Shown: positions 1-11,625, counted from the stretch's first letter. The stretch: DNA of 64,000 nucleotides from Spongospora subterranea f. sp. subterranea (GCA_049724395.1 JAUGWO010000025.1:1-64000); one strand, 5' to 3'. Notes: a model not told the origin generated them from the letters alone. Numbers and translations are program-made.

Positions 1-1760
1 CGACAGAATCATAGGTCGATTTAGGATTTTCGAAGTTGAAAAATAGCGCAGATTATTGTGATCTGAAAGAATCTTAATCTTATGAGGACTGCCTTCCAAA
101 AAATGTCGCCACCGCGAGATTGCCACAACCACGGCTAGTAATTCTTTATCGTGGGTCTCGTAATTGATTTCGGCAGGGGTGAATTTCCGCGAATGAAATG
201 CTATGGGACGCAACTTTACCGTCTTTCCTTGAACCTGTGATAATATCATTCCCATGGCGAAGTCGGAGGCGTCAGTTTCCACCAAACAGGGCGCGCTAAG
301 GAATGAAGTGGGCTAATATTGGTGCTTGCGTGAAGGCCCGTTTGATTGCGTCAAAAGCTTCTTGGTGCTGGAGTTGCCAGGAAAACGGTACATCCTTCTT
401 GGTCAGCTCGTACAGTGGCGCTGCGTATTGGGAGTATCGAGAGATGAAGTCGCGGTAAAAGTTAGCGAATCCTAAGAAGCATGAATCCCGTTGACGGACG
501 TGGGTGTTTGCCACGATGTAATATTGGAGGTTTTTTCTGGGTCCATTTCAATTCCTTTCGGGCTGATGATGTACCCAAGGAATTCCACACGTTGAACTCT
601 GAAATCGCATTTCTCAAGCTTGGCAAACAACTTCTTGTCACGCAACCGTTGTAAAACCTCCCTGACATGAGCTTCGTGTTCCGCTAGATCCTGTGAATAA
701 ATCAAGATATCATCCAGGTATACGACCACGAATTTTTTCAGGCAGTCCTGGAACTTCTCGTTCATAAATCTTTGAAACGAGGCTGGAGCATTCTTGAGAC
801 CAAATGACATAACTTGATATTCAAAGTGGCCGTACTTGCAGTTGAACGCCGTTTTCCATTCATCCTGTGGTCTGATTCTCACCAGGTTATACGCGCCGCG
901 CAGGTCAATCTTCGTGTAGCATTTGGCGCTCGCAAGTTGTTGTAAAATGTGGTCGATTAGAAGTAGTGGATATGGTTCTCGCTTAGTGATGTTGTTGAGT
1001 GACCTGTAATCGACACACAATCTTAGTGAACCATCCTTTTTTTTTCAAAGAGAATCGGCGCTCCGAGCGGGGACTGAGAGTTCCTGATAAAACCTCGCTC
1101 CAGATTATCTTGGATGTAAGATTGTAGCACGGGGTCTTCTTTTGCTGATAGAGAATAGCAGGGTTTGTAAGGGAGAGTTCCTGCATCTTCTTCCAGATTG
1201 ATAGCACAGTCGACACCTGGTCGATGCGGTGGTAGTGTTTCTGCATCTTGCTGGGAGAAAACGTCGTCTGCGAAATCTGAATACTGAGTCGGAAGTTTAA
1301 CACTTTCGTGACACGTCTCGGTTTCACCGAATATTATGCCAGGGGAACCAACTTCATCTAGTTGTGTTGTGGTTAACTGCATAGGCCCCTGTGGCGTTGC
1401 CTCCTGCTGATTGCGGGCGTGAGCGGTAATTGTGAGATTTTTCCAGTCGATGAAGGGGTTAACTTGTCGAAGGAACGTCATTCCTAGCACAATTGGGTAC
1501 ACTGGGCTGTCGATTATGAAAAACTTGGCGTGAAACTGGATAGAGGCTATCGAAATATGCAGAAGACAGGTTTGGTGTGTTAGTGGACGGAGATGTCTGC
1601 CATCTATCACGATAAGAGGGATTGGGGCGCTAAGATTTTATAGTGGGAATTGATTGAGGAGAGCGAATTTCCAATGGATAAATAATGACGAAGCACCACA
1701 ATCAATAAACGCGACAGTTTCAATAGTCTCCGTTCTTGGCGGCAACGAAATAGAACAAGG
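1..1760 (-). pseudogene. Gypsy pol: aspartic protease, reverse transcriptase and RNase H, frameshifted
   Basis: Motifs VAFIDCGAS (protease); CVDYRSLN, KIDLRGAY, FGLKNAPASFQ and YLDDILIYS (RT); [23 protein letters not shown] and [12 protein letters not shown] (RNase H). They are split over several frames with stops. Confidence 0.92.
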
Positions 1761-1799
1761 AGGGCATAGCATTGGGGCTATTGCATTATCGACAACAGT

Positions 1800-2812
1800 C
1801 GTCGATATTAGGTGGGCCGGAGGCGAATAAGTTGAATGTGGTTGTGTATTCGGGTGATTTACACGTGAAGGTAGGTTATGCGTTGCAATGGAATGGCCAG
1901 CTTCTCCACAGTATAAGGCGCGACGGCGTCGGTCCTTCTCCTCTACCGTGAGAGCAGCGCGGGGAGCACTAATGGCGTCGATCACCATCGGAACGGGTCG
2001 CTGCGGGACTCTGGAGGGACGATAAGGCCTATACGGTTGAGATAGTGGTAGCGGTGGTGGCACATAATTGTTGTGGACGGGGACTGGAACCGGTTGGTCT
2101 CGTGCGGCGTGTCTTTGTAGTAGACGTTGATCGAGTCGTAAAGCGTTGCCGATCAGTTGTTAAAGTGACGTCGGCACGGGTATCGTCAGCAGGAGGTCCT
2201 GAATCTCATTGCTCAACCCCCTTCGGAACCCGTCCTGCGCTGCGCGCTCGTCCACCCAGCGTCGGATACGAGTTGTTGCACGTATGAAGCATATGCCGCC
2301 ACCGATCTCTTACCTTGATTGATCGTCGATAGTGTGTCCGCAGCGGACTCTGCACGGTTTGGATCGTCGAATCGTTGTCTGAATAGGTAGAGGAACTGCT
2401 GGAAATTGTTGAAATAAGTCGGGTCTTGCGTCTCGAAATATGGATTAAACCACTCCCGTGCCAATCCAGTTAACAGACTGCCGACCAATAACACCCTTGA
2501 TATTTCAGTGCTATAAGTTAACGGTGGCTGCTGAATGACCAGCAGGATCTGGTTTACAAAACCCCTGACCATTGACAAGTGGCCACTGAACGGTTCGGGG
2601 AGACACGCTCGAGATTCTCGAATTGTTGGTGGCAATTGAACAATTCTTGACTCTTGAACGGTTGTTATTTGTTCTTGCTGCTGGCGAACTTGCTCCTGGA
2701 GTTGGGAGTGTTGCTGCCGCATCTCCAGTATGGTGCGCTGTAGTTGCTGTATGAAAGTCGAGTCGGTGGGTTCTGAGCTTTCCGGAAGACGAGCTTCAGA
2801 ATTAAGATTCAT
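1800..2812 (-). pseudogene. Gypsy gag, disrupted
   Basis: ATG at 2812 is followed by a Q-rich coiled coil, LPEPFSG, LLTGLAREWF and QGKRSVAAYAS (retrotransposon gag-like), then PVPMVIDA and a degenerate knuckle LYCGEAGHSIA. There is a stop/frameshift near 2213. Confidence 0.85.
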
Positions 2813-2884
2813 GGAGGGTTGGAATGAAGGCTGATGATGACGAAGGACTAGATTGGGGAACGGAGGAGACGGGGAAATTGACTT

Positions 2885-5800
2885 AGTGAGGCGAAAGGTA
2901 CGTAAACCTTGATAGAAGAGAGAGAGAGAGAGAACCAAGACAAGAGGGAAGAGACTGGGCGAGGCGAAAGGTACGTAAACCTGGGCGAGGCGAAAGGTAC
3001 GTAAACCTTGATAAGAGAGAGAGAGAGAGAGAGAACAAAGACAAGAGGGAAGAGACTGGGCGAGGCGAAAGGTACGTAAACCTTGATAGAGAGAGAGAGA
3101 GAGAGAGAGAGAACAAAGACAAGAGGGAAGAGACTGGGCGAGGCGAAAGGTACGTAAACCTTGATAGAGAGAGAGAGAGAGAGAACAAAGACAAGAGGAG
3201 AGAGAGAGGAGAGACTGGGCGAGGCGAAAGGTACGTAAACCTTGATAGAAGAGAGAGAGAGAGAGAGAGAACCAAGAGAGAGAAGAGGGAAGAGACTGGG
3301 CGAGGCGAAAGGTACGTAAACCTTGATAGAGAGAGAGAGAGAGAGAACAAAGACAAGAGGGAAGAGACTGGGCGAGGCGAAAGGTACGTAAACCTTGATA
3401 GAAGAGAGAGAGAGAGAGAGAGGCGAAAGAGACCTTGATAGAAGAGAGAGAGAGAGAGAGAGAACAAAGACAAGAGGGAAGAGACTGGGCGAGGCGAAAG
3501 GTACGTAAACCTTGATAGAAGAAGAGAGAGAGAGAGAACAAAGACAAGAGGGAAGAGACTGGGCGAGGCGAAAGGTACGTAAACCTTGATAGAAGAGAGA
3601 GAGAGAGAGAGAGAGAACGAGGCGAAAGACAAGAGGGAAGAGACTGGGCGAGGCGAAAGGTACGTAAACCTTGATAGAAGAGAGAGAGAGAGAGAACAAA
3701 GACAAGAGGGAAGAGACTGGGCGAGGCGAAAGGTACGTAAACCTTGATAGAAGAGAGAGAGAGAGAGAGAGAACAAAGACAAGAGGGAAGAGACTGGGCG
3801 AGGCGAAAGGTACGTAAACCTTGATAGAGAGAGAGAGAGAGAGAGAACAAAGACAAGAGGGAAGAGACTGGGCGAGGCGAAAGGTACGTAAACCTTGATA
3901 GAAGAGAGAGAGAGAGAGAGAGAGAACAAAGACAAGAGGGAAGAGACTGGGCGAGGCGAAAGGTACGTAAAACCTTGATAGAGAGAGAGAGAGAGAGAAC
4001 AAAGACAAGAGGGAAGAGACTGGGCGAGGCGAAAGGTACGTAAACCTTGATAGAAGAGAGAGAGAGAGAGAGAGAGAACGAAAAGACAAGAGGGAAGAGA
4101 CTGGGCGAGGCGAAAGGTACGTAAACCTTGATACGTAAACCTTGATAGAGAGAGAGAGAGAGAGAGAGAGAACAAAGACAAGAGGGAAGAGACTGGGCGA
4201 GGCGAAAGGTACGTAAACCTTGATAGAGAGAGAGAGAGAGAGAGAACAAAGACAAGAGGGAAGAGACTGGGCGAGGCGAAAGGTACGTAAACCTTGATAG
4301 AAGAGAGAGAGAGAGAGAGAACAAAGACAAGAGGGAAGAGACTGGGCGGCGAGGCGAAAGGTACGTAAACCTTGAAATACGTAAAGATAGAGAGAGAGAG
4401 AGAGAGAACAAAGACAAGAGGGAAGAGACTGGGCGAGGCGAAAGGTACGTAAACCTTGATAGAGAGAGAGAGAGAGAGAGAGAACAAAGACAAGAGGGAA
4501 GAGACTGGGCGAGGCGAAAGGTACGTAAACCTTGATAGAAGAGAGAGAGAGAGAGAGAGAACAAAGACAAGAGGGAAGAGACTGGGCGAGGCGAAAGGTA
4601 CGTAAACCTTGATAGAAGAGAGAGAGAGAGAGAGAGAGAGAGAACAAAGACAAGAGGGAAGAGACTGGGCGAGGCGAAAGGTACGTAAACCTTGATAGAA
4701 GAGAGAGAGAGAGAGAACAAAGAGAGAGGGAAGAGACTGGGCGAGGCGAAAGGTACGTAAACCTTGATAGAAGAGAGAGAGAGAGAGAAGACAAAGACAA
4801 GAGGGAAGAGACTGGGCGAGGCGAAAGGTACGTAAAACCTTGATAGAGAGAGAGAGAGAGAGAGAACAAAGACAAGAGGGAAGAGACTGGGCGAGGCGAA
4901 AGGTACGTAAACCTTGATAGAGAGAGAGAGAGAGAGAGAGAACAAAGACAAGAGGGAAGAGACTGGGCGAGGCGAAAGGTACGTAAACCTTGATAAAGAG
5001 AGAGAGAGAGAGAGAGAGAACAAAGACAAGAGGGAAGAGACTGGGCGAGGCGAAAGGTACGTAAACCTTGATAGAGAGAGAGAGAGAGAGAGAACAAAGA
5101 CAAGAGGGAAGAGACTGGGCGAGGCGAAAGGTACGTAAACCTTGATAGAGAGAGAGAGAGAGAGAGAGAACAAAGACAAGAGGGAGAGACTGGGCGAGGC
5201 GAAAGGTACGTAAACCTTGATAGAAGAGAGAGAGAGAGAGAGAACAAAGACAAGAGGGAAGAGACTGGGCGAGGCGAAAGGTACGTAAACCTTGATAGAG
5301 AGAGAGAGAGAGAGAGAGAGAACAAAGACAAGAGGGAAGAGACTGGGCGAGGCGAAAGGTACGTAAACCTTGATAGAAGAGAGAGAGAGAGAGAGAGAAC
5401 AAAGACAAGAGGGAAGAGACTGGGCGAGGCGAAAGGTACGTAAACCTTGATAGAGAGAGAGAGAGAGAGAGAGAGAACAAAGACAAGAGGGAAGAGACTG
5501 GGCGAGGCGAAAGGTACGTAAACCTTGATAGAGAGAGAGAGAGAGAGAGAACAAAGACAAGAGGGAAGAGACTGGGCGAGGCGAAAGGTACGTAAACCTT
5601 GATAGAGAGAGAGAGAGAGAGAACAAAGACAAGAGGGAAGAGACTGGGCGAGGCGAAAGGTACGTAAACCTTGATAGAAGAGAGAGAGAGAGAGAGAGAG
5701 AACAAAGACAAGAGGGAAGAGACTGGGCGAGGCGAAAGGTACGTAAACCTTGATAGAAGAGAGAGAGAGAGAGAGAGAGAACAAAGACAAGAGGGAAGAG

Positions 5801-6943
5801 ACTGGGCGAGGCGAAAGGTACGTAAACCCAAAGACAAGAGGGAAGAGACTGGGCGAGGCGAAAGGTACGTAAACCTTGATAGAAGAGAGAGAGAGAGAGA
5901 GAGAGAACAAAGACAAGAGGGAAGAGACTGGGCGAGGCGAAAGGTACGTAAACCTTGATAGAGAGAGAGAGAGAGAGAGAGAGAACAAAGACAAGAGGGA
6001 AGAGACTGGGCGAGGCGAAAGGTACGTAAACCTTGATAGAAGAGAGAGAGAGAGAGAGAACAAAGACAAGAGGGAAGAGACTGGGCGAGGCGAAAGGTAC
6101 GTAAACCTTGATAGAGAGAGAGAGAGAGAGAGAGAGAACAAAGACAAGAGAGAGACTGGGCGAGGCGAAAGGTACGTAAACCTTGATAGAGAGAGAGAGA
6201 GAGAGAGAACAAAGACAAGAGGGAAGAGACTGGGCGAGGCGAAAGGTACGTAAACCTTGATAGAAGAGAGAGAGAGAGAGAGAGAGAACAAAGACAAGAG
6301 GGAAGAGACTGGGCGAGGCGAAAGGTACGTAAACCTTGATAGAGAGAGAGAGAGAGAGAGAGAGAACCAAGACAAGAGGGAAGAGACTGGGCGAGGCGAA
6401 AGGTACGTAAACCTTGATAGAAGAGAGAGAGAGAGAGAGAGAGAACCAAACACAAGAGGGAAGAGACTGGGCGAGGCGAAAGGTACGTAAACCTTGATAG
6501 AAGAGAGAGAGAGAGAGAGAGAGAGAACCAAGACAAGAGGGAAGAGACTGGGCGAGGCGAAAGGTACGTAAACCTTGATAGAGAGAGAGAGAGAGAGAGA
6601 GAACCAAGACAAGAGGGAAGAGACTGGGCGAGCGAAAGGTACGTAAACCTTGATAGAAGAGAGAGAGAGAGAGAGAGAACCAAGACAAGAGGGAAGAGAG
6701 AGGGAAGAGACTAGAAGAGAGAGAGAGAGAGAGAACCAAGACAAGAGGGAAGAGACTGGGCGAGGCGAAAGGTACGTAAACCTTGATAGAACCAAGACAA
6801 GAGGGAAGAGAGAGGCGAAAGGTACGTAAACCTTGATAGAGAGAGAGAGAGAGACTTGATAGAAGAGAGAGAGAGAGAGAGAACCAAGACAAGAGGGAAG
6901 AGACTGGGCGAGGCGAAAGGTACGTAAACCTTGATAGAAGAGA
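2885..6943. repeat. Tandem satellite of ~65-78 bp units (roughly 55-60 copies), each with a variable (GA)n run
   Basis: Unit CTTGATAG(AA)(GA)nACAAAGACAAGAGGGAAGAGACTGGGCGAGGCGAAAGGTACGTAAAC is repeated head to tail. Confidence 0.99.
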
Positions 6944-6944
6944 G

Positions 6945-6955
6945 GATCGTATTAT
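6945..6955 (-). promoter_or_regulatory. Primer-binding site of the self-priming (Tf1-like) type
   Basis: Minus-strand ATAATACGATC lies 2 nt downstream of the LTR end (...CCTAACA) and is exactly complementary to GATCGTATTAT at 7024-7014 inside the LTR. No tRNA-type TGG start. Confidence 0.7.
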
Positions 6956-6957
6956 AG

Positions 6958-7071
6958 TGTTAGGACAACGACGAGAGTAGGAAAGAGCCCAAGGCTGTGT
7001 GTATTAGCGACTAATAATACGATCTGATTCCCTTCTGGTAACTTGTATTCAGGGAATCAGGTCGTCTAATG
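6958..7071 (-). repeat. Putative 5' LTR (~114 bp)
   Basis: Begins TGTTAGGACAAC on +, with a degenerate inverted end GTCGTCTAATG at 7061-7071. It contains a 10-bp hairpin (7024-7033/7051-7060). Confidence 0.55.
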
Positions 7072-7751
7072 TGGGTCACTTTCCCAGCTGTGTTTCCGGG
7101 TTTACACGTCGTCCGATCCCATGTCGGCATATTGCTGCGGTTTTTGCCAATCTTAATCGTCCCATGCGTGATGTCAAGAATCTGGCACCCCGATGGAGGT
7201 TGGATAGACATCCGCTGTACCGTTCTGTCATTGAATCGTTGGGATTGTCCTCAGGTGATGCCTTATCTGTTCACCCTTCACCAGAAGCCATGGATATGGA
7301 GTCAGCACATGTTTTGCATTCATCACCAATTGACTTGGATGTGCACCAACAATTGTACTGCCCTACCCACAAGACTCATCGTTTTCGAAAGCTGATGGAT
7401 TTAGCCAACGAACTTGTGAAATCAGAAGAAGATGCTGGTACACATGGGTTCAAGATGACGACTCTTGCATTAACTCAGCAAATCAATCATAACCGCAGTC
7501 TAATTCGTGCAAATGAACCGGTCTGCTCCGGGTTGCCACCAATTCGAGCCCGTCCGCGGCCTGGTCGTATCGCTTCGCAGCCAAACGAGCCGCGTTTGGT
7601 GGTTAAGCCAAAGCGCCTGCCTGTGAATTGTCGATCGTGTGTCCACTCCGGTCGCAACGGGATTGGCCATCGATCTGGAAGTTCTAGATGCCCACTCACA
7701 AGACATCAGAGGGATCAGTCGTTTGTTGTTTCGCCTGGCAACTCAAGATAG
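7071..7751 (+). pseudogene. MULE/Mutator transposase C-terminal fragment (SWIM finger plus zinc knuckle)
   Basis: SCVSGFTRRPIPCRHIAAV is SWIM-like, followed by APRW and a C-terminal CRSC...GH...CP knuckle. Confidence 0.65.
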
Positions 7752-8029
7752 GATCGCTTGTTTTATTACTCTAATGTATGTCTTCCAGATGCAGAAACGT
7801 GGCGACATGTCCTCCAAACCAAGCGAACAATCCATTCGAGTGGCAGGTATGCAACACCGCTAGTGGACTCTGAAGAAATAAAATCAAAACGCAACAGAAA
7901 GCGTTTAACGCTCCGAGAGCGTCAAAATGATTTGTTTTTTCGTCAAAAATTGAAAATCGGTGTTTTTTTATCATTATTAAAAACATGGTTTGTTTGTTTT
8001 TTGGTGAGCCACGATCGTCGAGTGGTCAA

Positions 8030-8830
8030 CTGTATCAGGATGGCGCCATGAAAAACTGTGTTTTGTTTGAGATGACAAAGTCTTGTTTGTACTCACCGAA
8101 TGCAAGAACTTTAGTCATGTCCACTATTCCCCTCATGGACAATATTATAATATCGTGGCGCCTGCCTATAAATGGGTCAAAAATACTGCCAGCCATCAGG
8201 AGTTGTTATTCTTTGGTAGTTCCAAAACTGCTGCGATGATGCCCATTGTAAACTGAACGTTGCAGAATTTCGGGTAGAATTCTGCTCAGAACATCTAGGA
8301 CTGGGTCTGCAGATGATTGACGATTCCATCAATGAACGCTCAAACACACTTCAGTGTTGCTCCGGCGCCAATAGATCGCGGATGTGTATTGCGACAGACA
8401 ATTCTCTATCAGTTGATTGACCAAAAACAATATCCTTTTGGATCAATCAACACGACGAGCTTTTATTCTCGAGATCGATGCGATAGACCTGCCACGTTCT
8501 GTCATTGCAAGCCAGTCGTAAAGGCTCAGCCAAACGGCGACACACCAGTTGCTAATGCCTCAACGCGTTCGATTCTGCTTTCGCTTGTGGTGACAATGTT
8601 TTCCGGTAGTCGGAATCCACTTGACAGCAGCTTCTTTGTTGAATTGCAGAGTGATATCGTAGCAAGAAAGTGTATCGTCTAGACCCACATGGAATTTCTT
8701 TCAGATGACGGGATAGGAAGACTGAATGGCGTTCGACCATTATTTGCTCTCATAAACAGATTTAACCAAACATGGCAGGTTGATTGCCCCTCTTTCCTAA
8801 GACGTTGGCTTCGATAAGCAGCCAAAACGG
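8030..8830 (-). pseudogene. Harbinger/HARBI1-type (DDE_Tnp_4) transposase remnant
   Basis: Read manually on minus across frameshifts: EALA...RRLAEP..GRSIASISRI, FIDG (8336-8325), ICRP, VYNGHHR (8252-8232), TPDG and PFIGRRHD. Confidence 0.78.
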
Positions 8831-10206
8831 TGTGCAGCTTGTGGACCTATTCAAATGCAGAACCAAATCACAACAGGATTGTTGAATTGGTGGGAGAGGA
8901 TAATCGGGTATCTGAACCCTTGTGTATGACACATATGACGAACCGTTCGTCTCTTGCTTGACTCTGAACTCATCCTTGTCCGATGGCGAACCGCGCTACT
9001 GTTGCGCCATTCCAATCCTCCAATGCGTGTCCTCAACGTGTTGGGATTGTTGCTTGTGGCGACTAGACCGACTCGATCTGCGACAACCGAACTTCGGCAT
9101 GGTTGGGGCGAACCGCTTGGTTCAGGTCAGGCCAATGTCGCCACAGCAATCGCCTCCTCGACTTTATCGGTATAAATGTTTGAATGTCGCTCCAAAGAAG
9201 TGCTCAATTTCTGAGGGCATTAGTCATTGCAGGACACCATGTCGAGATCGCAGGAACGGGCAATGTTCGATGACGACGACCAAGAATTACGCTTTCCGAT
9301 TTATGAATTCTCGGCTTTGGAGTCAGATTGGCTGGAAGGCAATACCTTGTTGACGCTTGCATTTCCCAATATCAATCGTGTCGACCAATTTGGTGAAAGT
9401 TCTTTGATGAATGTAGTCGTTCAGTTCATCTTCATATAGAGATTCGGCTTGCTGAGGGATTTTTAGGAATGGGACTCGAGCCCGGGTTCGAGAATTGACA
9501 CGTCCCATATCAGTATCGATTCTCAACAGTTGAGCAAAGAGGACAAGAGCCTCGATTGCCTTATCGATCCAAATCGAATTCCAATTGATTCGGAAATGTT
9601 GCCGTCAAAAGACTTTATCGAGAATCTCGTGCCCGATAACAGTTATGCCCACCAGTTTGGTGACAGTTCTCCCAAAAATTTAGCCGTTCAGTTCAAGTCC
9701 AACTTGTGTTTCGGTTTGCTAAGTTCTTCGTGGGATTTTAACCCCAGCACGAATTCAAACCGTGATGCATCCCGTATTAGTATTGATGGTCAACAGTCAA
9801 TCGAAAGCGGCACAGTTTTCGATTTCCGCATCGGAAATACGATTAATTCGAAAAACCAGCTTGTTGACGTTCGTGAAAATCTCGTGCCAGTAAGGGATTG
9901 CCGAGAATCGTGATCACCAATATCTGCTTAAGGCGTATTAGGGTAAATCTTCGGATCACACTCACAAAGTGGTTAAAAGTCGTAATGGCAAGTACTTGTC
10001 GGAATTGAGAGTGCTCTGTCTGCGCCTGAACTGGGACCTGGATGAGGTCAAAGACTGTCAGAGCCTCTGTGTGTTTCTGGTCAGAACTCTGGTTCCCCGT
10101 TCTGACTTGGATTTGATGATCACAAACGGTATCGTCTGCTTAGGGAAAGGAGACAAATCCAGAACAGAACGAGTTTCACAGCAGTGTCGCCATTACGGAA
10201 CACATC

Positions 10207-11276
10207 ATGAAACCACTGTTGCTCAGAAAGTCGGGGCCGAATGTCGTTGAGGTCGGACAAAACAACATCAGTGTTCCTGATCCTAGGCTAATTACCAGGG
10301 CAACCGGCACCCTGCAAAAACTGATTCTAATTTCGAATTTTTTTTTGAAACTGGTCTCTTGCAGAAAACCGCTCTGCAGTTTTAGTCCTAAGGTGATTCG
10401 TTGTTTCAAGCACATCTGTATCCCCGTCCTTCAATGTCTTGTGAAATGCTGTGGCAAAGACATGGACATGTTCCAGACACGTTGGGGAGCAACTTTTTCG
10501 CACCGTTTGTTTGGAGCGAAACGGTGCCCCGGTCCTGGATCAAACTATCACACCTGCGGTTACCTGAGGACGAAAATCGTCAGAAACCCTGATTACAGGT
10601 CGTCATTCGCCAGTTTTTAGAAACACTGCTGAACGTTTGTGCTTTCAGAGACAAGAACTCTGGTATATTGGATCTCAAAGCTCTTGTTGTTGCTATTTTA
10701 AAGTCAGAAACAACAGAAGAAAAACTCAAACTGTGCTGTAAATTCTATGAGAAATACCGATCAAGTTGCTCCATGGTTCGGAAAGCTCTCCAATCATATT
10801 ATTACCAGTCTCCGAAGCCCATTTGGGGGTGCTTTGTTTATCACTGTGGCCAAGATACAAATGAATGGATTCGAAAATGGGGCCCTCGATTCGGACATGG
10901 GGACTTCGGCAAGCGGAAATGTCAGGGCTTGGAGGCTCATCCTTGCGGGTCGATCGACCCACCATTTGATATTCCTGCAAGACTTCATCTTCCCAAAAAA
11001 CCAACCCGAGACCTCCTCCCAGCGATTTCCGAAATCCTCAAAGAGTATGATCAGTTCATGACTGCAAAAACAGCATCAATGAGATCCCCTGATCCGAATT
11101 TATCCTGTTTGGTCAGAAACTGCCTTCGCCCTATAAGCGATTGTTTACTTCGTCATTGCGCTGGAAGTGTTGAGGAATTTGTTCGGAGATGGGGAGAATT
11201 AGTAGCCTACTCTACGTTCAGTCGCAATTGCTGTCCTAAGAAAAGGCAGAAAGGAATCCGATATTTGTCCATATAA
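10207..11276 (+). pseudogene. Harbinger accessory ORF with three Cys/Trp-rich repeats (interrupted at ~10620-10667)
   Basis: ORFs 10207-10620 and 10668-11276 together carry three copies of PxxxCxxxxC...(F/W)xxxWG...F...C. Confidence 0.55.
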
Positions 11277-11453
11277 TTCTCAATCATCCCAAGATTAGAT
11301 AAGGGTTGACCACTTTAAGGATCCTGGCTCACCAAAAACAAACAACACCATCGTTTCTATAATGATAAAAAACCCCGATTTTCAATTTTTGACCAAAAAC
11401 AAAATCGTTTTGACTCTTTGAGAGCGTTAAACACTTTCTGTTGCGTTCCTTGA

Positions 11454-11625
11454 TGTCACGTTCGGGAGAGGGAGAGGTTGATATTGGCAATATAAAGGAA
11501 CCAGTGATGCTTAATCAAATCGACGTTGTCCGAACTGAGCATTTGCCCAGTTCGGACGGTACTCTGTAGTCGTTTATTGATAATATCTAATGAGGCATGA
11601 ACTATATCAAGTACCGTTCATGACA
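11454..11625 (-). repeat. 3' LTR (172 bp) of a chromovirus
   Basis: TGTCA...TGACA termini; the adjacent GTATCCCCC reads as a polypurine tract (GGGGGATAC) on minus; AATAAA is present on minus. Confidence 0.85.

Larger units (their letters stand above)
1..7071 (-). mobile_element. Degenerate Ty3/Gypsy LTR retrotransposon (Tf1/chromovirus-like), 5' part; continues beyond the left edge
   Basis: Minus-strand order: putative short 5' LTR (6958-~7071), PBS, satellite-filled leader, gag, protease, RT, RNase H. RT preceding RNase H with integrase expected further downstream fits Gypsy. Confidence 0.93.
7884..11453. mobile_element. PIF/Harbinger-like DNA transposon with long imperfect TIRs
   Basis: 7884-8030 is the approximate reverse complement of 11304-11453. 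Inside are a minus-strand DDE transposase remnant and a divergent plus-strand second ORF. Confidence 0.8.

Noticed and set aside
2213..6892. 1559, 1315 and 1266 aa ORFs as real proteins
   Set aside because: They are low-complexity translations of the satellite, open in all three frames. Only the last ~200 aa of the longest one is gag.
2885..6943. CRISPR-like array (constant repeat with variable spacers)
   Set aside because: The 'spacers' are only (GA)n length variants. There are no unique spacers and no cas genes, and the context is eukaryotic.
6958..11625. The two LTRs as the ends of one element
   Set aside because: They differ in sequence and length, and the geometry makes one a 5' LTR and the other the 3' LTR of separate minus-strand elements.
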